Assembly: GCA_017499595.2 (NCBI GenBank)
Contig: CM039006.1
Location: 1,736,001 to 1,800,000 of the forward strand
Reading direction: 5' to 3'
DNA from: Psilocybe cubensis
Taxonomy: Eukaryota
DNA length: 64,000 bases
Shown: positions 46,183-57,585 of the stretch, piece after piece
Numbering within the stretch: the stretch's first letter is position 1
How the letters are laid out: every line of letters starts with the position of its first letter
Notes under the pieces: generated by a model
Told to the model about the DNA's origin: nothing
Database searches by the model: none
What the model saw: the letters and a program-made list of their open reading frames with translations, nothing else
Program-made: the position numbers and the translations under genes

Positions 46183-47248
46183 GTCTCAGTAACGAGGTCA
46201 AGTTGTGATGTTTGTTTTACAGCTGCGGAGAACAGGTTTGCTACTTTAGAAAGCTCTTCCCACGAGCATTCAATCAGGTCCGATAGTGTCGATGTCTCGA
46301 AGGGGAGTGTGGTTCGTTCTACGAACTCGATGAGGCATGGAAGTTCCTGACAGTGCAGGCGATAACGACAAGCGATCGGAGTTGCATTTCACGCACGTTA
46401 CGCAGGCGTTTGCTTTCTCTTTCCCTATAACGACTACCTCGACACTAGAACAATATTCAAGGAACCTTTTTCTCACTTCTCGGACATCTCCCAACCAAGG
46501 TTGATTGACAAAGCTGAATTCTCCAACGGAGTGAAAGCTGTTGGCCTAGAGACAACAAAAAACACTGAGGAGGAAAACTCACACGGCGGAGAGGACCTGG
46601 CCAGATCGACGTCGTGTTCACAACAGGGAGACTAATACGCGGAGAGAATCTGGATCAACATCGTATTCACAAGACGGAGACTAACGAGAGGAAATACAAG
46701 ATGGGAGAAAAGAAGAAGGAACCCTGATCTCCAAAATGTGTTCGACATGTCAACACAAGCCAGTCCGTTGACCGCTGGACGAAGCCACTTTTCAATACAA
46801 AATCCCTGATATCTACAGGTACACTCGAGGCCATTCCGACTTTTCCGAAAAAACAACAAGTAAAGATACCAAAAGTTAATTGAAGGCTGTACATGTCATG
46901 ATGAATCGTCGTTGTCTCCAAGAAGGTGCGTAACTAGCCAAACTTCCTTGCTGTAGGGTAAAAATTATGAAAAAACATAGCAATCCGAATCCTGGGTTTT
47001 CACCCGACTGCCATGAACAGCATATATCTGAAAAACTCTGCAAGCGACCTTCTAATGCCTGTATGTTTCGTCGGGGCTGTTCATGGTGCCTTACCTCGCA
47101 GTCCAGGTACATACGTTACGTACTAGTGAACGTCATAGGAGAAACAGGCCAAGAGGTTATCGGAGGCATACTGTTGACATCTTGTGGACGATGCTGTGTC
47201 TTAATGCCGCATATATTAGGTTCAAGCGTTCTTCCGCGATTTAACGAC

Positions 47249-48657
47249 ATGCCTTTTAACGATTCAACTGTGGATTGCAATAGCTGTGGAGGTGCTTGTG
47301 GGTATCTAACACCCGACCCCGACGTGGCAGGCCTTGGGGTGAGTACGACGCGTATATCCTTTAGCCAAGCTGACCCAACCAACAGGTCGTCATCGCATTT
47401 TTAACCACCAGCTCCATTACTTGGGTCTGTGCGGTAATCCGAATTTTGGATTGGTTTCTTAATTATACCTCGTCCCCAAACAAGGTGGACGCGCTCTTGC
47501 AACAGTATCACTACCGAAAGGCTTCTTCATGTCCACCTTCGAGGATAAGCCCTTTGCTAACTCACGAGTTATATCCATTCTCTCCCATTGTTCGCCCTAA
47601 AAAATCGCTGGCGGCTCGCGTAGCTCGCCTCTCTAGCATCGTATGCCCTGTTCTTCTCTCCTTGCACGACACTCAGCTTGCTTCAGGCCTCGCTATATCA
47701 GTTACCGCCCTCATCCGCAGTAGGCGCCCTGTCTTTTCTGTGTACCATTTCTCCATTGCGGCGGATCTCACTTGGATTGCGTCTGGAACGCAGATGGTTT
47801 CCTTCATATTTATTCGCTCGGACATCAAGGATGACCAGGCATTGCTCGCTCGTGGAATAAACACCCATCGCATTGTACAGATCCTGCGTGCGGCTTGCAT
47901 GTTTACGCAAATGGTTGTACTTTTGTGGCTTTCTTACATACAAGGTGAACGACGCTGGGCAGAAAGCTATGCGTGCCCAGTATTGTGCCTGCAAGAAAAC
48001 CCCACTTTGGGCGGCGTGCCGCTCAATTGGATGATCGCCAACTATGTCCTCGTACTTTGGAGCTACCCAGTTATGCTTCTCCCACTGTGTACTCCATTGT
48101 GGAGTAGATGGAAAGACTTTAAAGTTATATTGGACAAGGCTATCGACTTTCCCAATGCGACGCATTCCAAAGGTAGAAATCCTTCGGCTCCTTCAACGCT
48201 TTGTATTATGTATACCGTGGTAGTGCGCAAGACTGTGATTATGCTTTGGGCGTTTTTGGGATCCATGACTCTTGAAATTCTCGTCCAACTAGGGTGGTTT
48301 GGGTACGGTGTTTGGAATTTGGTCGCGGATCGACAATGGGGAGACGCGTATTTTCGTGGGGACTCAATTGTTGGCAATGGATGTGACCCTATCTACAACA
48401 CAGAAGACGACTGGGGGTTTGGGCAGATTTTCCCAGTAATGATTCTGATAGTCCTCCTGATGACGCTCTTCCAAGCGCACGGGGACGCCAAAGTAGCCGA
48501 AATAATGCAAAAAGATGCAAGTTCTTCTGCAAAGGAACGACGGTCCGATACACTTCTCCTGTTGGAAGCCGGAGCATGGGCTTCGACTATCGATCTTCGA
48601 CCTCTAGTCCAGGTTCCTGCGCCTTCTCCAGCACTTCACGGTCTTCGGTCCCGCTGA
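47249..48657 (+). CDS. Hypothetical integral membrane protein (PDVAGLGV / DTQL..G / SVYHF / WGFGQI family)
   Basis: ATG 47249; a single intron at ~47340-47385; a long hydrophobic second exon ending TGA 48657. Confidence 0.8.
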
Positions 48658-49138
48658 CGGATCAATAACGACTGCCTGACCACATTGCGGATGATCCTCA
48701 TTTCATCACACACCTACTTACTATGCAATATAGGTTAGTCTTGCAGCCACGTTCTCGAGGTATCATCACGTCCATTACGTGGCAGTCGAGGCTAATACAC
48801 TGTTCCGCGACTACGGGCGCCACGTCAGTCACCTATCAGAAAAGGTTTTAGAGTCGCCTCTACGACGACCTCCGTGGCAATCCATCCGGATTCTTGCGTC
48901 CTTCCAGTCAAAGTATAGCCCAATAATTCTGTACGCCACGCGTTTGAAAGGAGTAGGGCTTCAGCACGTCCTCGACCATTCCAGTGAGATATCAACTCAA
49001 GCGCGCTAATAATGCTGCATGTGTAGCATCGGTGCTACATCAGTATCTTTCCGATGCAACAGGGGTCAAAGACGGGGCGTCACGCCAGGACGCGTTTGTC
49101 ACGTATAAAGTGTTTTTATATCCGGCCCTGGGGTACAC

Positions 49139-50403
49139 ATGTCGTGCTCCCTACCACCTCCTATTCGCCGCTACCATGTTGATGAGAGAGGAATTATCAA
49201 CGCTGACCTCAACTCCACTCTTCTGTATAATGCCCTCATGGGTGGGTCATCTATTCTCATCCTTTAATCAATAATTGAAGTTGCCAACAGGAATGTATAC
49301 TTCGACATACATAATTACTATGTATCTTTACCGTGAGCAGATCTTCGGACAGCAAGTTATTTCATGACATTCAAAATGCAATACGCCAGTAACCAAAAAG
49401 AACCCTAATTCCAACCGAATCATTGTATTGTCTGCAGTGACAATACCGTATCTCCTCTGCATATGCGAATGTGCTGTTCAATGGCGCCTACTGCAAGCGT
49501 CCTTTATCACCGGGGGACACTCTAGATCAACCATTTTTGAATCAATTATCATTGCAGATAGCGAGTTGGAAATGTTGATGATTGTGGGCAATTCTTTCTT
49601 TTATGGGGTGTTCATTGTGGCCGATACACTGTTGGTCAGTCCTTTTTTCTTTATTGACAACAAAATTTTCTGACCACTGCCAATTTAGATATGGCGATGT
49701 TTCCATGTCTGGGGACGGTCTCGGCGCATCCTCACAGCCCTGTTAGTATGCCTATTTATCGAAACTGGTATGCTTATGTCTCGAAGCTAAATGGCACAAA
49801 ATCTGATCATCCGTTATTACGCCATCGAATTAGCATTGTTTGCTGGAGAGATCAGTATATCACTTGTGTCCCGTAAATTACCATCCGTTCTAGAGGTGGT
49901 CTCGGCAAACGATATGCAAAGTGCACAAGCATTAATCTCATTTGCCACCACCATCATCTCCACGTTTCTTATTGCATATAAGATTCACAAATTGTCCACT
50001 CCGTCCAGTTCTTCCAGCAGAAACCTTTTTAAACACATTGTGATGATTTTGGTGGAGTCCGCTGCTGTTTATTCTCTCTCGATCCTCGTCTTCGCCATCT
50101 TTAACCTCATACCAGCTACGGACAATTTACATTACTCCCTTTCCTATGCAAAGCTTTGTACACAGGTTATCGTCACCGTGATAGGGGTATGTCCATTCAC
50201 CTCGATGCTCTTGACGAACGTCTAACAATTTTTATCAGGGAATGGCTCCAACAATTCTTGTTGCTCGTGTTGCTTTGCCTAGATCCGATGGTTCATTTGC
50301 ATCTACTATCTCACATATATCTGGGATTGAAACCAGGAATAATTTACCTTTGTCTGCTGAGGCCTCAGCTACAGGCGAAACACGGGCTCCCCATGTGATG
50401 TGA
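49139..50403 (+). CDS. Multi-pass membrane protein, paralogue of 53198 gene
   Basis: INADLNSTLLYNALMG, ADTLLIWRCFHVW, ILVESAAVYS and GMAPTILVARVA; TGA 50401-50403. Confidence 0.8.
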
Positions 50404-50751
50404 TCAACAACAGCTTTCATCTCATTTGAATATTCTTTGATACACTGCTAGGGCTTTCTTTGCCTAGCGGAAAGGCTGATAGACAATTGTTCGCTTCCGA
50501 TCTCAATGAATATGATCCATGAATACCTACTTCAGAATGAAGTTAACTCATCCTTGTGACCTCTTCGAGAACACCAGGCACATTCCTGAAAGTAGATAGG
50601 TGCAGTAAGACAAGCTCACAAGAATCAATGCCGTAGGTAGCAAGTATAGACAATAATCCTTTGTGGTATTGTTAACTACATAATGGAAATGTCTTCTTGC
50701 AGAAGCTTGGTCGCACGAATGAGCCCTCGGTGGCGAGGATCCTCCAGGCCA

Positions 50752-51492
50752 TTACTTTAAACCATATTGATCCCAATACGCTTGCAAACTCTCGAGTTCC
50801 TTAACTAAACCTTTTCTTTCCAACCATATCATGAGGTCCGTCATAGTGAGAATAGAGAAGACTCTGCCTTCGCCGATTAGTCCCTCAATTACCTTTACAG
50901 CGCTACTGACTCCGTCCTGTCCCACTTCCTGCCTATCAAGCGCATGGATGACGCCAACAACTTCACCCCCATTTTGACGAATCGTCTCAATGGCACCATG
51001 TATTGTCTTTCCCGATGTCATCACGTCGTCGAGGATGACCACACGTTTCCCTTTGACCGGTTCTCCGACCATTATACCACCCTCTCCGTGATCTTTCACC
51101 TCCTTTCTATTGTAAGCAACACTCACTGAGATTCCATGTTGGCTATATAACGCCACAGCGGCATTCGACGCGAATGGGATTCCTTTATAGGCCATGCCAA
51201 ATAGGATGTCAAATTCAGGTAATGAACCATCCTTTAACGCTTGTGCAATGGTAGATGCATACGCAGCCGCTAGCGTAGCGAGAATGGGACCAGTGCACAT
51301 GAGCCCTGAATTAAAAAAATACGGAGACGTTCTAGATGGATATGATGGTTTGTCCCTGGGTTATGGGTTATTGGTGACGAGCTTAACGCACCGCCCTGCT
51401 ATGAGGGTGAAAGAGCCGTATTTCAGCGCATCCACCTCCATGGCGTACTGGATTAGATCTTTTTTATATGAAGCCTGGCTTGGCTCTGTCAT
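50752..51492 (-). CDS. URA5: Orotate phosphoribosyltransferase paralogue A (hood motif LIAGR; loop KDHGEGG intact)
   Basis: ALKYGSFTLIAGR/TSPYFFN, FGMAYKGIP, NRKEVKDHGEGG and the PRPP motif VILDDVMTSG; one intron. Confidence 0.93.
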
Positions 51493-51691
51493 TGAGCTTA
51501 GATGGAAGAGATGTTTTAAAGGACTGCAGGTACACTATCTTATCTTATCCGTAGTTTCAGCCTAAATCGGGCGGAAACTCTCTCACTGACCCTATCCCAC
51601 CGATGGCAAATATAGCCGATTTTCTTTTTTGGCTCTATCAAATACATCATGAAGGAAATGCGAAAGCTTAGTTCCACGATCATCCAGGCCA

Positions 51692-52431
51692 TTATTTTAA
51701 GCCATACTGGTCCCAATATGCTTGCAAACCCTCCAGTTCCCTAACTAAACCTTGGCTTTCCAACCATATCATGAGGTCCTTCATAGTAAATATAGAGATT
51801 ACTCTGCCTTTGCCAATCATTCCTTCAATCTCCTTCACGGTGCTGTTGACGCCATTCTGTCCGACCTCTAGCCTGTCGAGTGCTTGAATGCAACCAACAA
51901 CTTCACCGCCGTGGTGCCGAATCGTCTCAATTGCACCACGCACTGCCTTTCCCGAGGTCATCACGTCGTCGAGGATGACCACACGTTTTCCTACGACAGG
52001 TACTCCTACCATTTTACCACCCTCTGCGTAGGTATTTACCTCCTTTCTATCATAGGCAAAGCCAATTGAAATACCGTGCTGATTATATAGTGCCATAGCA
52101 GCACTGGAAGCGAAAGAGATGCCCTTATAGGCTGGGCCGAACAGGACGTCAAACTCAGGGAATATACCATCCTTCAATGCTTGTGCAATAGTAGAGGAAT
52201 ACCCAGTTGCTAGCGTAGCCAGAATGGGTCCAGTGCACATGAGCCCTGCGTTAAAGAAATATGGGGAAATTCTACAAGAATACGGTGAGTCGTCCATGAG
52301 TTATGATCATTTAATACAATTCTGACGCACCGCCCCGACTTAAGGGTGAATGAACCATATTTAAGGGCATCCACCTCCATAGCGTGTCGAATCAATTCAG
52401 CCTTGTACAAAGCCTGGCTTGGCTCTGCCAT
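51692..52431 (-). CDS. URA5: Orotate phosphoribosyltransferase paralogue B (hood motif LKSGR intact; loop altered to NTYAEGG)
   Basis: ALKYGSFTLKSGR/ISPYFFNAG, FGPAYKGIS, DRKEVNTYAEGG and VILDDVMTSG; same intron position as copy A. Confidence 0.93.
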
Positions 52432-53197
52432 TGAGTGGAGGTGAAAGATGTGTTTACTAGACTTCAACGCAGTGCATTGTCTTATCTTATAGTACATTTT
52501 ATGGCTTAAACTGGATGATAAGTCTCTCACTGGTATCTTCTAAGTTCCACAGGCGAAGGTAAGACCAAATTGAGTTGAATAGGTTTTCCGATTCCTGTTG
52601 ATGTTAACCGGAATCCCTAAACAATTCCGTACATGAAGAACACTTGGGCCTATTTTTGGGTGCCGCCCTGGTGCCGCTATCACACAAACTTTAGTACGGG
52701 GTTCTGAGTTGCTGGTACTTGCAGGTTCCATTTAATCCTTATAGGAATGGGTCCAATAAACATGCGCGAGAGCGGGAACAAGGTGCCCATTATGATTCTA
52801 TAGCACAACAGAATGGCATTTGATTGTGCGACTCCCTCTCAACAGAGAGAGTATGTCAATAATACCAGTTTCATGCTCGGTGGCAGCTGCCTGCGTGCGC
52901 CGATACACCATGTTCGCCCTTGTGGCGTCTCTTTTTTTCATCAAGAGTTCGCAGAAAAATTTGAATTCAGGCATCTCCACTTACTTTCTTGGTAGACTGC
53001 GATGTCAACTCAGCGCCATAAGAATTGTTACCGAGACGGCTATCCTTAAAACTTGTCAATGCGAAATATACGGACGTGTCATCGCGTTTCATCTACAATC
53101 CTTTATATGTTTTTTTCTGGTGGCCTGTATTTCATGCAGTCCCACTACTCATTACAGAATATAAGAGACGTCCTTTAAGCACTCTCTTATGTTCAAC

Positions 53198-54441
53198 ATG
53201 TCGGCTACACCATCTCCGCCTGCTCGCGGCCGCCACGGCAATAATTCAAGCGTCATAAACGCGGACTTGAATTCGACTATGATATATACCTTTCTCATGG
53301 GCGAGTTATAATCTTCTAAGATATAGTCTACCTAAATTTCATGCCAGATTTAATGTACGCGTTTAATTAGGGATGTACACCTGTACATATACAGGTACCA
53401 TGTATTTTTATAGTAAGAAATTTAATTCTATCAGACAGCTGGTGATACGTGCAGGATGTTTCTGACAATCCCGGATATCAGCGTTCGAAAAAGCCCCCAA
53501 TTTCAGCCGTAATGTTGTCCTTTTTGCCATCTCGATATTGTATGTCACCTGCCTCTGCGAGTGCGCCGTCCAGTGGCGCATGTTACAGCTATCTTTCGTC
53601 AACGATGGTACGACAAGGAACGATATTTATGATTCGATAACTCTAGGGGATAGGGAGTCTGCTAGGACGTTGATGATTATAGGCAACATCTTCTTTTACG
53701 GGGTATTTGATATGGCCGACGCACTTTTGGTTAGTGTTCAATTGGTAAAATCTTTTCCTTTGAATTGTAGATTTTGATACAATTTTGATGTAGATTTGGA
53801 GATGTTACCATGTGTGGGGCAAGTCATGGCGCATTGGTTACATTCTGCTGTTCTGTCTTTTGATTGAAACGGGTGCGTTTGTGAACTCCACGCGGCACGA
53901 GTATCTTACTGTGTGGTAGTTTCTAACCAGAATAATTTCAATCAGTACTATTCACCGCAGTAACAGCTATAGCATTGGTATCGGGCAGTTTCCCGACGAT
54001 ACAAGAGGTCGTTTCAGCGAACGACATGCAAACTGCACAAGCGTTTATTTCTTTTGGGACTACCATCATGGCAACAACGCTGATCGCGTACAAAATACAT
54101 ACATCATCTACTCAATGGACCGGTATTTCCAGCAATCACCGTTTCCAGCGCATAATTACGATCTTAGTAGAATCTGCTGCTGCCTACTCCCTTTCGGTTC
54201 TGGTCTTTGCCATTTTCAATGTTACACCAGCTTCAGACGACTTACGGACCCCACTTTCGTATGGAAAACTATATGCACAGGCTATCGTGACTGTGGTAGG
54301 GGTGTGTCTTTCCAGGAGAAGTGTTCTCGATGCAAGGCTAACGGCGCATTCTAGGGAATGGCCCCCACGGTTCTTGTCGCTAGAATCGCTCTTTCTAGAA
54401 TAGGTCAAAGAGATGTCATTATTATGGGCTCACAACAGTAG
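53198..54441 (+). CDS. Multi-pass membrane protein, paralogue of 49139 gene
   Basis: INADLNSTMIYTFLMG, ADALLIWRCYHVW, ILVESAAAYS and GMAPTVLVARIA; the first intron is GC-AG; TAG 54439-54441. Confidence 0.8.
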
Positions 54442-54797
54442 AATTTGTTGAAGCTGTACCTTGATCTATACAATTAACCGTGGGAGTGCAGACTATGCAA
54501 AATGAATGATTGGCCGCCCATCTAAAACATACCCGAATATTCTCCAAACTACGTATTGTCATCAGGACACAGTTGAGGGTTCATCATAGTTTGATAACAA
54601 TGATAAATCGAAATCCTTCTCTTTAAGTTGAGATGGAATTATGATGGAAGGCGATGCCTGAGATTCCAACCTCTTTTTTTGCTATTTGGATGGTATTATT
54701 GTCTGAGACGGGATGTCATGGGATAGATAAATTAGATCCGAATGCAGTAAAAGCGTATCAAAGATGAAGGTCGCAACGGTCCGTCATAAAATTACAT

Positions 54798-56574
54798 TCA
54801 CAGGCCGCCAAAGCGCTCCCAGTTTTCTTCCTGACTGGGCTCCTCCCTCCAGGAAACCCGACCGTCTTCACATTTGGAGAAAATGATGTCCATCTCCGCG
54901 TGACGGAGACGATCCCAGTAATTCAGCCGTGACAGGCTGCGGCATCGCGAAGTCAGTTGTGTTACGGCTTCGCTGCGCTCTTCTGTGCTCAGCCGGAGTA
55001 TAGCTGACCAGAGCCGTGTGTCAAGGAGGGTCTCGAGGGAAGGGAAGTGAGCAAGGCAGTCGATGTAGTTTTCCTATTTTGATAGGGAATGAGATTACAA
55101 GTTGTTAGTGATATTTTGATCCGCTGAACGGGATAGAATGTACGTACGAGATCAAGTTCAACCATTGATGGGATCCGTCCCGGTGGAGTCGAGTGCGTGC
55201 CACAGTTGATATTCATTGGGGGTCCAAAGCTCGGAATGGCTAATGTGGTGATGGACGGCGCGATCTCAGCTAGCTGCTTCAGAGAATCGAAACCCTCGAA
55301 ATTGAGAAGGCGCATCTCTTTCAGGCAACTTAGATCCAGTTGTTCAAGGATGGGCATGTCGGCGGTCAATGTAGCTCTGGAAATACATTCCCACTTTCGT
55401 GTATCAATAAGAGTGGGGTCCTGTAACAGACTTCGGTAAAGGTGACCGTAAGCGCGAAGGCGTTTGAGAGAGGGCAGAAAGCCAGAAGGGAATGTAAGCC
55501 TGTTCCAAGACCAGGTTAGCCAACGGAGGTCTTCGATGTTGGGATGATTCCGTAGAAAGTTCAGAATTTGAACGTCGAAAGGATACAGCTCTGATTCGGG
55601 GAATTGGATGTACAGTGAGTCGTGCCACAAGTGTAGTTTTCGCAGTTTCGGCAAGGGACATGAGGTGAAGTGGCTCGAAGCTGGACCAAAAAGTATAGAC
55701 AGTTCCTGAAATGGCAAGATGGTCAGTTGCAAATGGTTTAAATTTCGAACAGTGAACAGACCTCCAAATTTGGGGAGTTGTTAATTAAAGAAAGGTAGAG
55801 GAAGTCAACACCAGTCAGATCCCAGTCGCCTTTCAAGATGAGTTTAGTAAGGCAAGGGAATCTCCATAGCTAATGAATGGAGCAGGTGAGAAAGGAGCGT
55901 TTTGCCCATGTGGAGAAACACTGACGGATGATAGCGACGGTAGTTGGTGATCACTCTGAAGCGACACGGGCCCCAAGTCCAACTCTTCCAATGCAGGACA
56001 CCGTGCGAGTGCCTGTAGAAAAGATTGGTCGATTTGTAATGTACTGCGAGAACCTGCCCAACAAAACTTCCGAAGAGATGTGAATCCCTCCAGAGCGAGC
56101 GACATGTTGCGAAGCGTATCCTCAGACGGCCCGGAGACTTCGAGCGGCGCACCTGATTTGTTGCGCGCGGGTTCCAGGAGACGCAGAGTGTGAGTGCATT
56201 TGGCGAGATGAGGACGTTCTGCAAAAACTTTCCATATTGTTGAGTGGTTGATGGGGATGCTAAGCTCGCGATATAAGTAGTCAGGAATGATAGTAGACGC
56301 CCAGTCCCGGCTTGTGAGTGCCAATGAAGCGAAGTCTCTGGGTGAATCAATCAAGTTGAGAATAATTTCTTTGACGTCAAACGGCAGAGTATCGTGTCTT
56401 GGTGGCTTATACGTTGTTGGGATGGATAAGGGTTCGAAGGCATAGTTGCAATGGTGGAGATCCCGTGGAATACGGTAAGAATGTTGTTGGGACTCGTCGA
56501 CTAAAACAAGGGTTTATTATGGGCGCTACATAGTAATTGGAAGATATTTCACCTCTAATGACTGTCGTTGTCAT
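54798..56574 (-). CDS. F-box-like / leucine-rich-repeat-like protein
   Basis: DTLPFDVKEIILNLIDSPRDFASLALTSRDW (F-box-like) is followed by LRR-like units (CPALEELDL, LPKLRKLHL, HPNIEDLRW, LPSLKRLR). Confidence 0.75.
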
Positions 56575-57585
56575 TGTCGAAAAATGCAGATCCTGGTATC
56601 GAGAAAGCAACATCAATGGCTGGGTCGAGAATTTCGTGAAGTTGGGGCATCGACGAGTGGCTTTATAGAAACTAGGACCTCAAATTTAGAGAGATCACAA
56701 GCCCTCAAAGGAGAAGACGGATATTGCCTGTATCAGCATAATAGTGTCCGAGATGACAGCGTTACAGTGAAGCCCAGGAAGGAGAGGCATCAAATCTAGC
56801 TTAAGACGAGAAAAGGCCAGGAAGTATCAAAAGTTTTGTTGCTCCACTCTGCTTCCAAGTCTAATTATATCCTCATGGGAGAGGAGAGTTCTATCAAGGA
56901 TAGGTAAGGCCCAGAGAGGTTCGAGACGAGGCGTTGCAATTTGTTAATTCCTTCTAGATACAACGATCGGAGAGAAATTTGAGTAGCATACGCACCCGCC
57001 TGAAGATACACCCGCGAGGTTTCACGCTGGCTCTTGGCTGCAAATTTGTTAATGAGTTGACCATCCAGGTGCATGGAGGTCAAGTGTGAGTATCAAGGTG
57101 ACGCGGAGCTTTAAGAAGTCCATGCAAACAAACACCACAGGGAAATGCACCTTCTAAATGTCGCATTCCTCCGACTGGAAGATTCGGAGGTATAAAGTGT
57201 CCAGTCCAGTGACTTGCACGACGCCAGCATCTAGCTTGCCAGCACAACACGAAGTTCATGCATGATCCGCCATCGTGGTGATCCGGTTGTTGTGAGTCAA
57301 CACTTAGCATTCCATCTCAAAAGTGCAGTTTTTCCGAATACGAGCTAGCTGCGCAGTGCTCGCAGTGGATTGCAGTGCCAGCTGAGGACAGGATTTAGTT
57401 GGGGAGTCGGGTCGAGGAGAGGGAGAGGACGGAGTCGCAGCAGCCGCAGCACGTGCACGGGGCTATCTAATCCAAATACAGGTCAACACTATACATGCTC
57501 TCACCCGACCTTTCATCTATATCAAGGTCCACTGTCGGGCGCAACTGGGACTTATCTTCACCGGCGCCCATTGTCAACCATTCTT

